Shown here piece after piece: positions 30,897 through 39,636 of a stretch of DNA of 64,000 bases. The stretch comes from an uncultured Actinomycetes bacterium. Its GTDB lineage: Bacteria; Actinomycetota; Acidimicrobiia; Spongiisociales; DATADW01. Below the pieces are notes generated by a model. The model was not told the DNA's origin. It made no database searches and worked only from the letters and a program-made list of their open reading frames with translations. Positions within the stretch are counted from its first letter, which is position 1. The number at the start of each line of letters is the position of its first letter. The stretch lies in the NCBI GenBank assembly GCA_963758695.1, contig CAVWWM010000009.1:263521-327520 (forward strand), given 5' to 3'. Both the position numbers and the translations under genes were made by a program.

Positions 30897-32001
30897 GGCG
30901 CTCCAGGTTACGGTCCGGTTGTGTCCGAGGTCGCCGTCGCCGTCTCTCCCGGTAGAGCGAGGCGCCCCAGTGGGCACCCGCGCCAAACACGGTCAGGCAT
31001 ATGAGGGCTCCGGGCGGAACTCTTCCTTCCCGCCGCATCTCGTGGAGGAGGATGGGGAGCGTGGCGGCGGTGGTGTTGCCGTATCGGGAGATGTTGACCG
31101 GGACCATTTCGGGGTCCACTCCGATTGCCTTCCGGACCGCATCGACGATCCGGGCATTGGCCTGGTGGGCGAGGACGAGGTCGAGATCGGCGACATCGAG
31201 CCCGTGATCGGCGAGCACCACCCTGATCGCATCCGGCATCAGCTCGACCGCCTTGCGGAACAACTCGCGCCCGTCCATCACCGGTATGTGGAGCCCGGCT
31301 TCGAGTTGAGAGTGGTCCACCCAGGGCTGGTGGCGAAAGCCCACCCCGGGGACGTGGATCAACTCCAGCATGTCGCCATCGGTCCATAGGCGCGATCCGA
31401 GGTACCCGGACCCGGGATCGTCGTTCCGCCTGAGCACCACGGCACCCGCCCCGTCACCGAAGAGCACGCTCCACGACCTGTGCCGGGTGTTCTCGTCCCA
31501 CTGGTCAGGTGTCGGTGGTTCGTCGGACAGGCCATACAGGTAGTCGCGGTTCTGCCACCAGGGGTGGTAGCCGGCGTGTACCTCGGCCCCGACCACGAGG
31601 ACGGTTGCAGCCCGCCCCGACACGATGAGGGCGTCGGCCAGGTCGAGCCCGTAGAGGAATCCGGAGCACTGCGCCCGCAGGTCGTGTGCCGGGATCCGTC
31701 GCAGACCCATCGCCTTCTGGATCATCGGGGCGATCCCGGGTGCGAACAGGTCAGGGGTCATGGTGGCGGTGACAATCGCGTCTATCTCGTCGGCGACCAG
31801 ACCGGCATCGTCGAGCGCCGCCAGCCCTGCCTGAGTTCCCAGTTGGGAGGCGCCCACGCCCGGATCGGCGAACCGGCGCTGCTCCACGCCGCTCCTCGAT
31901 CGGATCCACTCGTCAGAGACGTCCATGACCCGGGACAGGTCGTCGTTGGTGACGATGCGATCGGGTAAGTGGACGCCGGTGCCGACGATGACGCTCCCCA
32001 T
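30808..32001 (-). CDS. 3-oxoacyl-ACP synthase III (FabH-like KAS III)
   Basis: Catalytic Cys (AQCSGF), His (LAHQAN) and Asn (YGNTTAA) contexts are intact. The ORF reads about 90 nt past the usual C-terminus and into the TetR gene. Confidence 0.8.
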   Translation of the reverse strand: MGSVIVGTGVHLPDRIVTNDDLSRVMDVSDEWIRSRSGVEQRRFADPGVGASQLGTQAGLAALDDAGLVADEIDAIVTATMTPDLFAPGIAPMIQKAMGLRRIPAHDLRAQCSGFLYGLDLADALIVSGRAATVLVVGAEVHAGYHPWWQNRDYLYGLSDEPPTPDQWDENTRHRSWSVLFGDGAGAVVLRRNDDPGSGYLGSRLWTDGDMLELIHVPGVGFRHQPWVDHSQLEAGLHIPVMDGRELFRKAVELMPDAIRVVLADHGLDVADLDLVLAHQANARIVDAVRKAIGVDPEMVPVNISRYGNTTAATLPILLHEMRREGRVPPGALICLTVFGAGAHWGASLYRERRRRRPRTQPDRNLERHAADTRRQHRGAQGTDPASVDRCHTPIVG

Positions 32002-32007
32002 CTGGCC

Positions 32008-33248
32008 TCAACCCCCTGTGCCGTCTTCGGCAAGCTCCAGATCGACCCGTCTCTGGTGTCTTTGACGGTTATCCCGAGTGCATCGAGTCGGTCGCGTATG
32101 GCGTCGGCTTCGCCCCAGCGATCGTTGGCGCGCGCCGCAGTCCGCGCTTCGAGCACAATCTCGACGAGCCCACCGACGAGTTCCCGGCGATCGCGTACCC
32201 CTTGTTGCGCCAATCCGAGCAAGCCGCACCAGCATTCCACGCAAGGCACGTTCGGCCCGCTCGCTCTCCGGGGACTGGTTGGTGTCGGCGGCCCAGTCCA
32301 GGATCAACTGATGCAGGCCCACCACCGAGTCGAGGGCAGCATCGAGGTCGCCGTCAAGGAGTGCCGGTTCGAACCGCTGCTCCAACTCGCGCCAGCCCGC
32401 GGCGAAGGGATCACCGCTCTCGGGGTCCGACGGTGCGAACTCGGCCAGGCCGTGCTCCGTTGTCGCGTCCACCGCCGATCCCAACTCGGACAGAGTCGCC
32501 TCGTCACCGGCACCCATCACCTCGGAGCCGGCATCGGTGAGGATGGTCACGGTCCCCAACCCGCTCACCGAAGCAACCGCCGCGTCGAGGTCGATGGTCA
32601 GGGCCGTGTGCTCGTCCACACCGATGATCGTCGACGACTCGGGGAGCAGCGAGCGCATCACCGCCAGCCGGCGAGCCCCCAGATAGCAGAAGCGGGTGTC
32701 GTGGTTCCCCCCTCGGCGTTGTCGAAATGGGGGATCACCGCCCCGTCGATCCCGGTCTGGCTGAGGAGATCGAGCCCTTCGAGCCAATGCGGGTCCTCGC
32801 CCACCTTGTAGATCTCGTACACAGGGACGGTCCACCGACCGAGCGTCAACGCCGCTGCGCTGGCGAACACCACGGCGCCGCCGAATGCGATGGTGTCGTC
32901 GAGGACCGCCGGGATGTCCGACCCCCGCCACCGACGCAGCGCATAGCTCGGGCTACCCGGGCCGGAGAAGACGTAGTTGGCGTGCCGTATGGTCTCGATG
33001 ACGCTCGCCGTGCCCCCGGCTCACCTTCCTCGGGGAGCGTGGCCACCGAGATCGCCTGACTGAGACTCGACCGGAAGTGCTCGACGATCCGCCCGAGATG
33101 TCGGCGGCGTTCTCCTGAAAGCGGTATGGCGTGTCGAGTAGGACGGCAGGGACCGGAGCGTCAAAGCGCTCCAGCACGACGCGATGGGTCTTGACCATGG
33201 TCGGTGCGGTTCGCCCGAACCCATGATCACGAGTAGGCGTGCCGTCAT
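32008..33248 (-). pseudogene. S51/GATase1-like domain fused to a CysRS C-terminal-like region, multiple frame disruptions
   Basis: N-terminal half: LLVIMGSGE, ANYVFSGPGSPSYAL, VVFASAAALTLG and HFDNAEGGNHDTRFCYLG. C-terminal half: FEPALLDGDLDAALDSV and EARTAARANDRWGEADAIRDRLDALGITVKDTRDGSIWSL. The segments lie in several frames. Confidence 0.55.
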
Positions 33249-34112
33249 CCGAAGAACCCGGATCCTCGGTGGCGTCGATGAGATCCGCTACCTCGACCGG
33301 ATGCTGGGCATGGAGGTCGTGGTCACCTTGGAGGAGCACCACCCGAGACCGCGGTATGGCTCCCGCGTCTTGCTCGATCTTCTCCGCTCTGGCGGCTGAG
33401 TCGGGCCGGGACCGCAAGCCACGACGAAGAGCATGGGGACGAGAGCCCCGGAAAGCGGCGGCCCGGACGGTGGTCCCACAGTTGTTGGAGGATCTCGAGA
33501 ATGACGGTCCAGCGGCAGCCGGCGTTCCGGGCCCGCCCTGGCCCACCTGGAGGTTCTCGAGGCTCCCGGCGATCCCGGTCTCCGGCCAGTCTGGGTGTCG
33601 GCGGCGAAGCCACTCTTCGGCATCCTCGAGGTTCATCCCGTCGAGCTCTCGGGGGGGTCAACGCCTCGAGCGCCAATTCCCAAGAGGCGAAGGATGAGGT
33701 CAGATCGATGAACCCTCCGTCCACCCCCGTGACCGAGGCGACCTCCCCGGGGTGCAGGTAGGCCAGTTCGAGCGCAACGTTGCCTCCCCACGACTGCCCC
33801 GCCACAAGCGGCGTATCCACGCCGCGCCGAACCATCACCGAGCGGAGATCCTCGACCAGCGTCCCGAAGTCGTAGCCGCGTACGGGTCTGTCCGAACGAC
33901 CGTGACCCCTCTGGTCGACGGCCACGACCCGGTGGCCCTTCCCCGCCAGGCGCCGGCCGACGCCTTCCCAGACGAAGGCATTTGAGGCGAGCCCGTGGAC
34001 GAGCGAACACCTCGCGGTGTTCGCCGTCGGGAAGCTGGGGAGCCCACTCGACGACGTGGAGGTGTGTCCCGTCACCGGTTCGCACCGTGTGGCTCGAGCC
34101 CATGGAATCCAT
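33245..34112 (-). pseudogene. alpha/beta hydrolase, multiple frame disruptions
   Basis: LVHGLASNAFVWEGV, VVAVDQRGHGRSD and LVAGQSWGGNVAL (nucleophile elbow). The N- and C-terminal parts lie in other frames (ORFs 33633..34112 and 32953..33636). Confidence 0.65.
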
Positions 34113-34242
34113 CGGCCCTCAAGGGTAGGAGGGGAGACAGAGACGACATACGGCGGAGATCGCGCGGAGGCGCTTGCTCGGGCTATGCGATGAACGACAT
34201 CGGTGCGAGAGGTTCAGGCCGCAAGAGTTGGAGAGGATTTTC

Positions 34243-34316
34243 GTTCTTCCGCCCTCCGTCGCCCGTTCTTCGTCTTCCGTCTTCCGCCTTCCGTCTTCCG
34301 TCTTCCGTCTTCCGTC
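34243..34316 (-). repeat. heptanucleotide tandem repeat, about 10 units, the longest tract (locus D)
   Basis: Six near-perfect CTTCCGT/C units at 34274-34315 follow degenerate units. The tract abuts the sortase TGA stop (34317-34319). Confidence 0.9.
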
Positions 34317-35181
34317 TCAGTCGCCTGGCACGGGTACCGCATAGACCACCACGTTCGAGTCGTAGCGCCCGATCGACGTGTTGAAACCGCCTCCGCAGGT
34401 CACCAGCGTGAGCACCGGGCTCCCTCCCCGCGAGAAGATCGCCTCGACGGGTAGCTCGGTCTTCAAATAGGTGTTCCGCGCCTCGACGGTGAACTCGGCG
34501 GACGTGCCGTCCTCATAGTCCACGACGATGCGGTCACCCGGAACGAGGTCACCGAGCGACCAGAAGAGACCCTGGCCCGGGCCACTGAGGTCGACGTGTG
34601 CCGCCATCACCGAGGAACCTGGCTCGCCAGGGACAGGGCCGTGCCGATACCAACCGACTTCGCTCACATTCGGTGGCACGTCCATTTGACCGCTGGCTGG
34701 GTCGATACCCAGGGCGGCGACTGGTGCGTCCAACCCGATGGCCTCGATCCGTATCCGCACCGGTGCCGGGGGTGACGCCGTGTCGAGATCTTCGATCCCG
34801 GCGGGCCGGAAGTCGAGAAGCGCGGCCCTCGCCTCCTGCCGGCGCTGCCTGGCGCAAACGGCGCCTGCTCTCTGCCAGGCGCAGGTGGTCGGCCTCCGAC
34901 TCCTCGGACTCGTCGACTTCGGGAAGCCGAAGCGAGCCTGCCGGCGCAGTCGTAATCGCCATCGGCTCTTGAACGGGCGCCTCCACCGCAGGCGTCGGTT
35001 GGAGGTTCGCCGACTCCCGGTCGGTGGCGCCGATTGCAGGCTCAGCCGACATCAACCGGTCTACCACCGCGGCATGGTCTCCCGCCGACGCCGCCGGCCT
35101 CTCGGCAAGCCAGATCAATGGCGCGCCAACCAACACACCGGCGCAGACAGCGGCGACCAACCCGAGGGCGATTCGAGACAT
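34317..35181 (-). pseudogene. class F-type sortase, frameshifted as assembled
   Basis: The catalytic domain is ORF 34317..34760 (AAHVD, TLVTCGG). The N-terminal TM anchor MSRIALGLVAAVCAGVLVG is in ORF 34549..35271. The junction is at about 34800-34900. Confidence 0.7.
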
Positions 35182-35233
35182 CCCATCCAATGTACGGAGC
35201 AGAACGCCGATCGGGTTGGTCCCCAATCCCGTT

Positions 35234-36025
35234 TCAGCGCCGGCGTGCCAGGGCGATCGAGCCCGCCACACCGACCGCGGCCACTGCCATCAACAGACCC
35301 AACCACAACGGAAAGGCACCGGCAGCACCGCCATCGCCGGTGGGTGTTCCAGATGGTGACCCGTGCAGACCGGCGATGGTCTGAACTGCGACAGTGAACG
35401 GACCGTCCACCGTTCCGATGGCGTAGGCGATCAGCGCCTCACCCTCTGCTACCGGCACCGCATCTGTCGAGAACACCGGGTCACCGCCGCCCGCAGGCAC
35501 GATGCTGACCGGATAGTCGGCAGCCGGAACGTCGAGTTGCGCCTCGTTGGGGTTTGTCAGACCCTCGGCGAGCGCGGTGTCGTCAGAGAGAATGTCGACG
35601 GCGGGGGCCGCCGCCGTATGGCGAAGAACAACCCTCCCGTTACCGGCGTCTATCGGCGACGTGTCGTTGACGAATACCGTGAGTGCAGGGTCACCGCCTT
35701 CTGTGAGGTGCGCCACGATCGAGGCGTTCGCACCGGCCGGGAGGGTCACCGTGTCGGCGAGCGCCGGCTCGTCGGCCTCTGGGTCGGCTCCACCCGCGAA
35801 GATCTCGATGTCGTAGTCAGCGGCTGGTAGTTCCAACGGATCGGTCACCGTCGCAAATGTGAATCCTTCGAGCGTCAGGTCTCCGTTGACATACACGTCA
35901 ACTGGGAAGTCATCCTCGCCCGGGATCCCATGGACCACGGTGACGATCCCGGTCTCCTGAGCCAAGGCGGCCGATGCCGGCAGTATCGCAAGTACGAACG
36001 CCACGGCCAATGTTCTGATCCGCAT
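35234..36025 (-). CDS. DUF4397-domain surface protein with a C-terminal sorting-signal-like tail
   Basis: Signal peptide; repeated VVHGIPG..VDVYVNG and VLRHTAAAPAVDI segments; and a tail of GTPTGDGG + hydrophobic helix + ARRR. Confidence 0.7.
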   Translation of the reverse strand: MRIRTLAVAFVLAILPASAALAQETGIVTVVHGIPGEDDFPVDVYVNGDLTLEGFTFATVTDPLELPAADYDIEIFAGGADPEADEPALADTVTLPAGANASIVAHLTEGGDPALTVFVNDTSPIDAGNGRVVLRHTAAAPAVDILSDDTALAEGLTNPNEAQLDVPAADYPVSIVPAGGGDPVFSTDAVPVAEGEALIAYAIGTVDGPFTVAVQTIAGLHGSPSGTPTGDGGAAGAFPLWLGLLMAVAAVGVAGSIALARRR

Positions 36026-36128
36026 TTCTTTCCCTTCTCTCGAGCACGTGCCTCACATACGGAGCGCATCTCGGTTGGGATGACTCTGCGGCCTTTGCGT
36101 TGCAAATATTTAGTGCTAAAACTCACTC

Positions 36129-36713
36129 ATGACGACTCGACGCAGCCATACCCGGGCCGAGCCAGGTGATATGCGGCTTCGGTCCCAGCTCACGTCTCGC
36201 GACCACGAATCGCTCGCCGAGGCGTACAGACTCCACTCCGGCTCGGTTCACGGCCTGGCCCGCCGGCTCACCCACGACCACGCATTGGCCGACGACGTCG
36301 TCCAGGAAGTGTTCCTCCGGCTTTGGCGAAGCCCGGAGCGGTTCGACCCGTTCCGTGGAACCCTCCGCTCCTATCTCCTTTCGCACACCCATGGCCGAAG
36401 CGTCGATCTCATCCGATCCGAGGCGGCACATCGTTCACGCCAGGAGAGGGCTGGGCTGCAAAGTGTCAGTGTGTCGGCCGCCCCGGAGGAGGAGGTGTGT
36501 AAGTCGGTGGAGGCCGAGCGGCTCCGCGCTGCACTGATGCGCCTCGACCACAGAGAACGGCGCGCCATCGAACTGGCCTATTTCGACGGGCTCACCTACC
36601 GCCAGGTGGCGGATTTCCTCGGTGAGGCAGAGGGGACCGTGAAAAGCAGAATCCGATCGGGCATGAGGCGACTCAGGACGGCACTCGAGCGTGAGGGCAT
36701 CGGCGCGCGGTGA
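36129..36713 (+). CDS. ECF-type RNA polymerase sigma factor
   Basis: Region 2 is DDVVQEVFLRLW. Region 4 is LTYRQVADFLGEAEGTVKSRIRSGMRRLR. The start is uncertain (36129 or 36171). Confidence 0.88.
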   Translation: MTTRRSHTRAEPGDMRLRSQLTSRDHESLAEAYRLHSGSVHGLARRLTHDHALADDVVQEVFLRLWRSPERFDPFRGTLRSYLLSHTHGRSVDLIRSEAAHRSRQERAGLQSVSVSAAPEEEVCKSVEAERLRAALMRLDHRERRAIELAYFDGLTYRQVADFLGEAEGTVKSRIRSGMRRLRTALEREGIGAR

Positions 36714-36764
36714 TGGCACCGGCCGAACCTGCACCAGGCTGCTATCAACCTGCTCGATGCGGGA

Positions 36765-37811
36765 GTGGCGCCGAACCGAGACCGGGCACCGATGACGAAC
36801 CGCTTGTCTACGCCGATCGAACAAGACTCCGAGCGGCTCGCCCGGAGGGCGCGGACGATTTCCACCGTGGTGGTGCTGTTCATTGCGGTCAGCCTGTTGT
36901 CACCGGCGATTCTCGGGCTGACCGTGATAGCCGATCTGATCAGGGGGGTGGGAAGACACCGCTGGATGATCACCCGGCTCGCCGTGTTCGGTTGGGTGTT
37001 CCTCGCCTCCGAGACGATCGGGCTCATCGGGCTCGGTGCGGCCTGGTTGGTGGGTGGCGGTGGCCGGCGAACCGTCGATCTCACCTGGAAGCTTCAGAGG
37101 TGGTGGTCGTCCACCCTCTTCAAGTCGCTTCGCTCGGTGTTCCAGCTTCGATTCGTCGTTCAGGGTGACGAGCAGATCGCTCCGGGGCCGATCCTGTTGA
37201 TGATGCGCCACGCCAGCATCGTCGACAACCTGCTGCCAGCCGGGCTCGTGAGCCTTCCTCATGGCATCCGGCTGCGCTACGTGCTCAAGAATGAGCTTCT
37301 CTGGGACCCTGTCCTCGACATCGGTGGTCAACGGCTCCCCAATGTCTTCGTGCGCCGCGAAGGCGCCGACTCGGTGAGCGAGATCGCCCAAATCCGACGT
37401 CTAGGGACTGGCCTGACCGAGCGTGACGGGGTGCTGATCTACCCCGAGGGGACCCGGTTCACGCCAAGGAAGCGCGACCAGGCGATCCGTCGGCTGGAGA
37501 GGACCGATCCCGCGTTGGCGGATGGGGCGAGGCGGCTCCGTCGACTGCTGCCGCCCCGGCCGGGTGGGCCACTGACGCTGCTCGAGTCGGGCGCAGACGT
37601 GGTGTTCTGCGCTCATCAGGGCCTAGAAGGACTGGCCCGGGTGAGCGACGTGCTGCGGGTCGGGTTGGTCGGGAAGACCATCCACGTCGGATTCCGCCGG
37701 GTCGAGGCGGATCAGATACCCGAGGACCGCAGCGGGCGCGTCGCCTGGCTGTTCGATCAATGGCAACAGGTCGACCATTGGATCGAATCGGTCCAGTCCG
37801 AGGTCGGATGA
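36765..37811 (+). CDS. lysophospholipid (PlsC-type) acyltransferase family protein
   Basis: The HX4D motif RHASIVD and YPEGTRFT follow an N-terminal TM segment. The start is uncertain. Confidence 0.75.
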   Translation: MAPNRDRAPMTNRLSTPIEQDSERLARRARTISTVVVLFIAVSLLSPAILGLTVIADLIRGVGRHRWMITRLAVFGWVFLASETIGLIGLGAAWLVGGGGRRTVDLTWKLQRWWSSTLFKSLRSVFQLRFVVQGDEQIAPGPILLMMRHASIVDNLLPAGLVSLPHGIRLRYVLKNELLWDPVLDIGGQRLPNVFVRREGADSVSEIAQIRRLGTGLTERDGVLIYPEGTRFTPRKRDQAIRRLERTDPALADGARRLRRLLPPRPGGPLTLLESGADVVFCAHQGLEGLARVSDVLRVGLVGKTIHVGFRRVEADQIPEDRSGRVAWLFDQWQQVDHWIESVQSEVG

Positions 37812-38605
37812 TGGAGGGCCTCGGATCGGTGCTCATAGCCTCGGCGGTGGCGGTCGCAGTTGCGATGATCGCCACTTGGCTGGTGAGCCTCCCCATCCGC
37901 AATGCATCGATCGTCGACATCGTGTGGGGTCTCGGCTTTGTCATCGTGGCTTGGACGGCGTTCCTCGTCGCCGATGGTGCCGACCCGCGCCGCTGGCTGC
38001 TGACCGCGCTCACCACGGTCTGGGGGCTGAGGTTGTCCATCTACCTGGCGATGCGCAACCTCGGCAAGGAGGAGGACTATCGGTATCAGGAGATGAGGCG
38101 CCGCCATGGTGACCGCTTTGGCCTCGTCAGCCTGGGGATCGTCTTCGGTCTGCAGGGCGCGCTCATGTGGGTGGTCTCGCTCCCGGTACAGGCCGGCCAG
38201 GTCCCGACAACACCACCCAGGTTGACTTGGGTCGACTACGTCGGAGCGGGCGTCTGGCTGGTGGGACTGGTGTTCGAATCAGTCGGGGATTGGCAACTGG
38301 CCAGATTCAAGGCCGATCCGGCGAACAAGGGCAAGGTTATGGATCGTGGGCTTTGGCGGTACACCCGTCACCCCAACTACTTCGGTGACTTCATGGTCTG
38401 GTGGGGCCTCTACGTGATCGCCCTGGCCACCGGTGTCGCCTGGTGGACGGTCATAGGGCCCATCGTGATGTCCATCCTGCTCATCCGGGTCTCCGGCAAG
38501 GCAATGCTCGAGAAGACCATTGGGAAGCGGCGCCCCGGATACGACGACTACGTCAGTCGTACCAGCGGGTTCTTCCCGATGCCGCCAAGAAGAGAGGGCC
38601 GGTAA
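37808..38605 (+). CDS. DUF1295-family membrane protein (steroid reductase / ICMT-like fold)
   Basis: GLWRYTRHPNYFGDFMVWWGLY. ATG 37808 is in an ATGA overlap with the upstream stop. Confidence 0.75.
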   Translation: MMEGLGSVLIASAVAVAVAMIATWLVSLPIRNASIVDIVWGLGFVIVAWTAFLVADGADPRRWLLTALTTVWGLRLSIYLAMRNLGKEEDYRYQEMRRRHGDRFGLVSLGIVFGLQGALMWVVSLPVQAGQVPTTPPRLTWVDYVGAGVWLVGLVFESVGDWQLARFKADPANKGKVMDRGLWRYTRHPNYFGDFMVWWGLYVIALATGVAWWTVIGPIVMSILLIRVSGKAMLEKTIGKRRPGYDDYVSRTSGFFPMPPRREGR

Positions 38606-38641
38606 GGGGCCTGTCCGAGCGTCGCGGCCCCGGTGCGATGC

Positions 38642-39496
38642 TCACCGATTGGGGGCGGGCCGACCGTTCGTCCCCCGCTCCGCCAAGAGGACTTCGAGCA
38701 ATTCGACGCCCTCAACGGCGGTTTCGGCCCATCCGTCCGCTCCCATGCCGGTGGCTTCTTCCTGGTTAGTTCCCCGGCCGCCGAGGATCACTGGAATGTC
38801 CGGCCCAGCGGCGCGCCGAGCCGTTCGAACGGCCGCTGCCAGATGCCTGCGGTTGTTGGACACCACCGCGCCAATACCCACCGCCCTGAGGCGATCGACC
38901 CGTCCGATGGCAGATGCCAGCGAGCCGAGTGGGACATCGCCCCCGAGATCGATCGGCTCGAACCCGGCGCCGAGTAGGACATCACCCGCCATGGCTATCC
39001 CGAGTCCATGCCTGTCGTGGGGTGGCATGGCCAGCACCACCGAACCACGGGTCCTCCCCCTGCGCGCAAAGCGAGGACCGAGCCGCCCTATCAGTCGGTG
39101 GGCGATGGCCGTGGCCAGATGTTCCTGCCCCGGGTCGATCTCGCCGGCAGCCCAGCGATCGCCGATCGACCTCAATGCCGGGCCGAGAGCCTCGGTGTAA
39201 ACCTCCACAGGCTCGATGCCACCGGTGAGAGCAGCCTCGACTATCGCCCAGGCGCCCGACTGGTCGCCACCGAGAAGCCGCGCCTCCATCCGGCTCGCCC
39301 AGTCGGCGCGGCGGCGGGGTGATGTCTCCCCGCGACCGCGCTCGAGAAATCCGTCGAGGTCGCACCGGTCGACCTGCCACACCGACCCGACCTTGTTCGC
39401 CGGCAACTGCCCGAGCCGCACGTAGCGGTATGCCGTCATGTAGTGGACGCCAAGCGCCTGCGCCACTTCCACCAGGCCCAACACGTCACCGGACAC
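38642..39496 (-). CDS. HTH (excisionase/MerR-superfamily) regulator with a cobalamin-binding domain
   Basis: N-terminus LVEVAQALGVHYMTAYRYVRLGQLPANKVG. B12-binding signature DRHGLG (DxHxxG) and a downstream ILGG. Confidence 0.7.
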   Translation of the reverse strand: MSGDVLGLVEVAQALGVHYMTAYRYVRLGQLPANKVGSVWQVDRCDLDGFLERGRGETSPRRRADWASRMEARLLGGDQSGAWAIVEAALTGGIEPVEVYTEALGPALRSIGDRWAAGEIDPGQEHLATAIAHRLIGRLGPRFARRGRTRGSVVLAMPPHDRHGLGIAMAGDVLLGAGFEPIDLGGDVPLGSLASAIGRVDRLRAVGIGAVVSNNRRHLAAAVRTARRAAGPDIPVILGGRGTNQEEATGMGADGWAETAVEGVELLEVLLAERGTNGRPAPNR

Positions 39497-39603
39497 TTAG
39501 CCAGGCTAGGAGGAGAGAGCATTGAGTGGTAATGGGGCGGCTGGTTGGGCCCACAGACGGCGAGAACGCGAAGACAGCCGGTTGCGCTCCCCGCCCGATG
39601 ACC

Positions 39604-39609
39604 TAGATT
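39604..39609 (+). promoter_or_regulatory. candidate -10 hexamer TAGATT upstream of the WhiB-like gene
   Basis: Fits TANNNT and lies within a CCTAGATT octamer that also occurs upstream of corA. It ends 27 nt before the ATG. Confidence 0.3.
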
Positions 39610-39636
39610 TAGCGGGAATCGATAAGGGGGTCCCGC

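Noticed and set aside
36710-37168. ORF 36710..37168 as the anti-sigma factor for the ECF sigma
   Set aside because: It has no HxxxCxxC zinc motif and no transmembrane helix. It overlaps the clearly supported acyltransferase gene in another frame.
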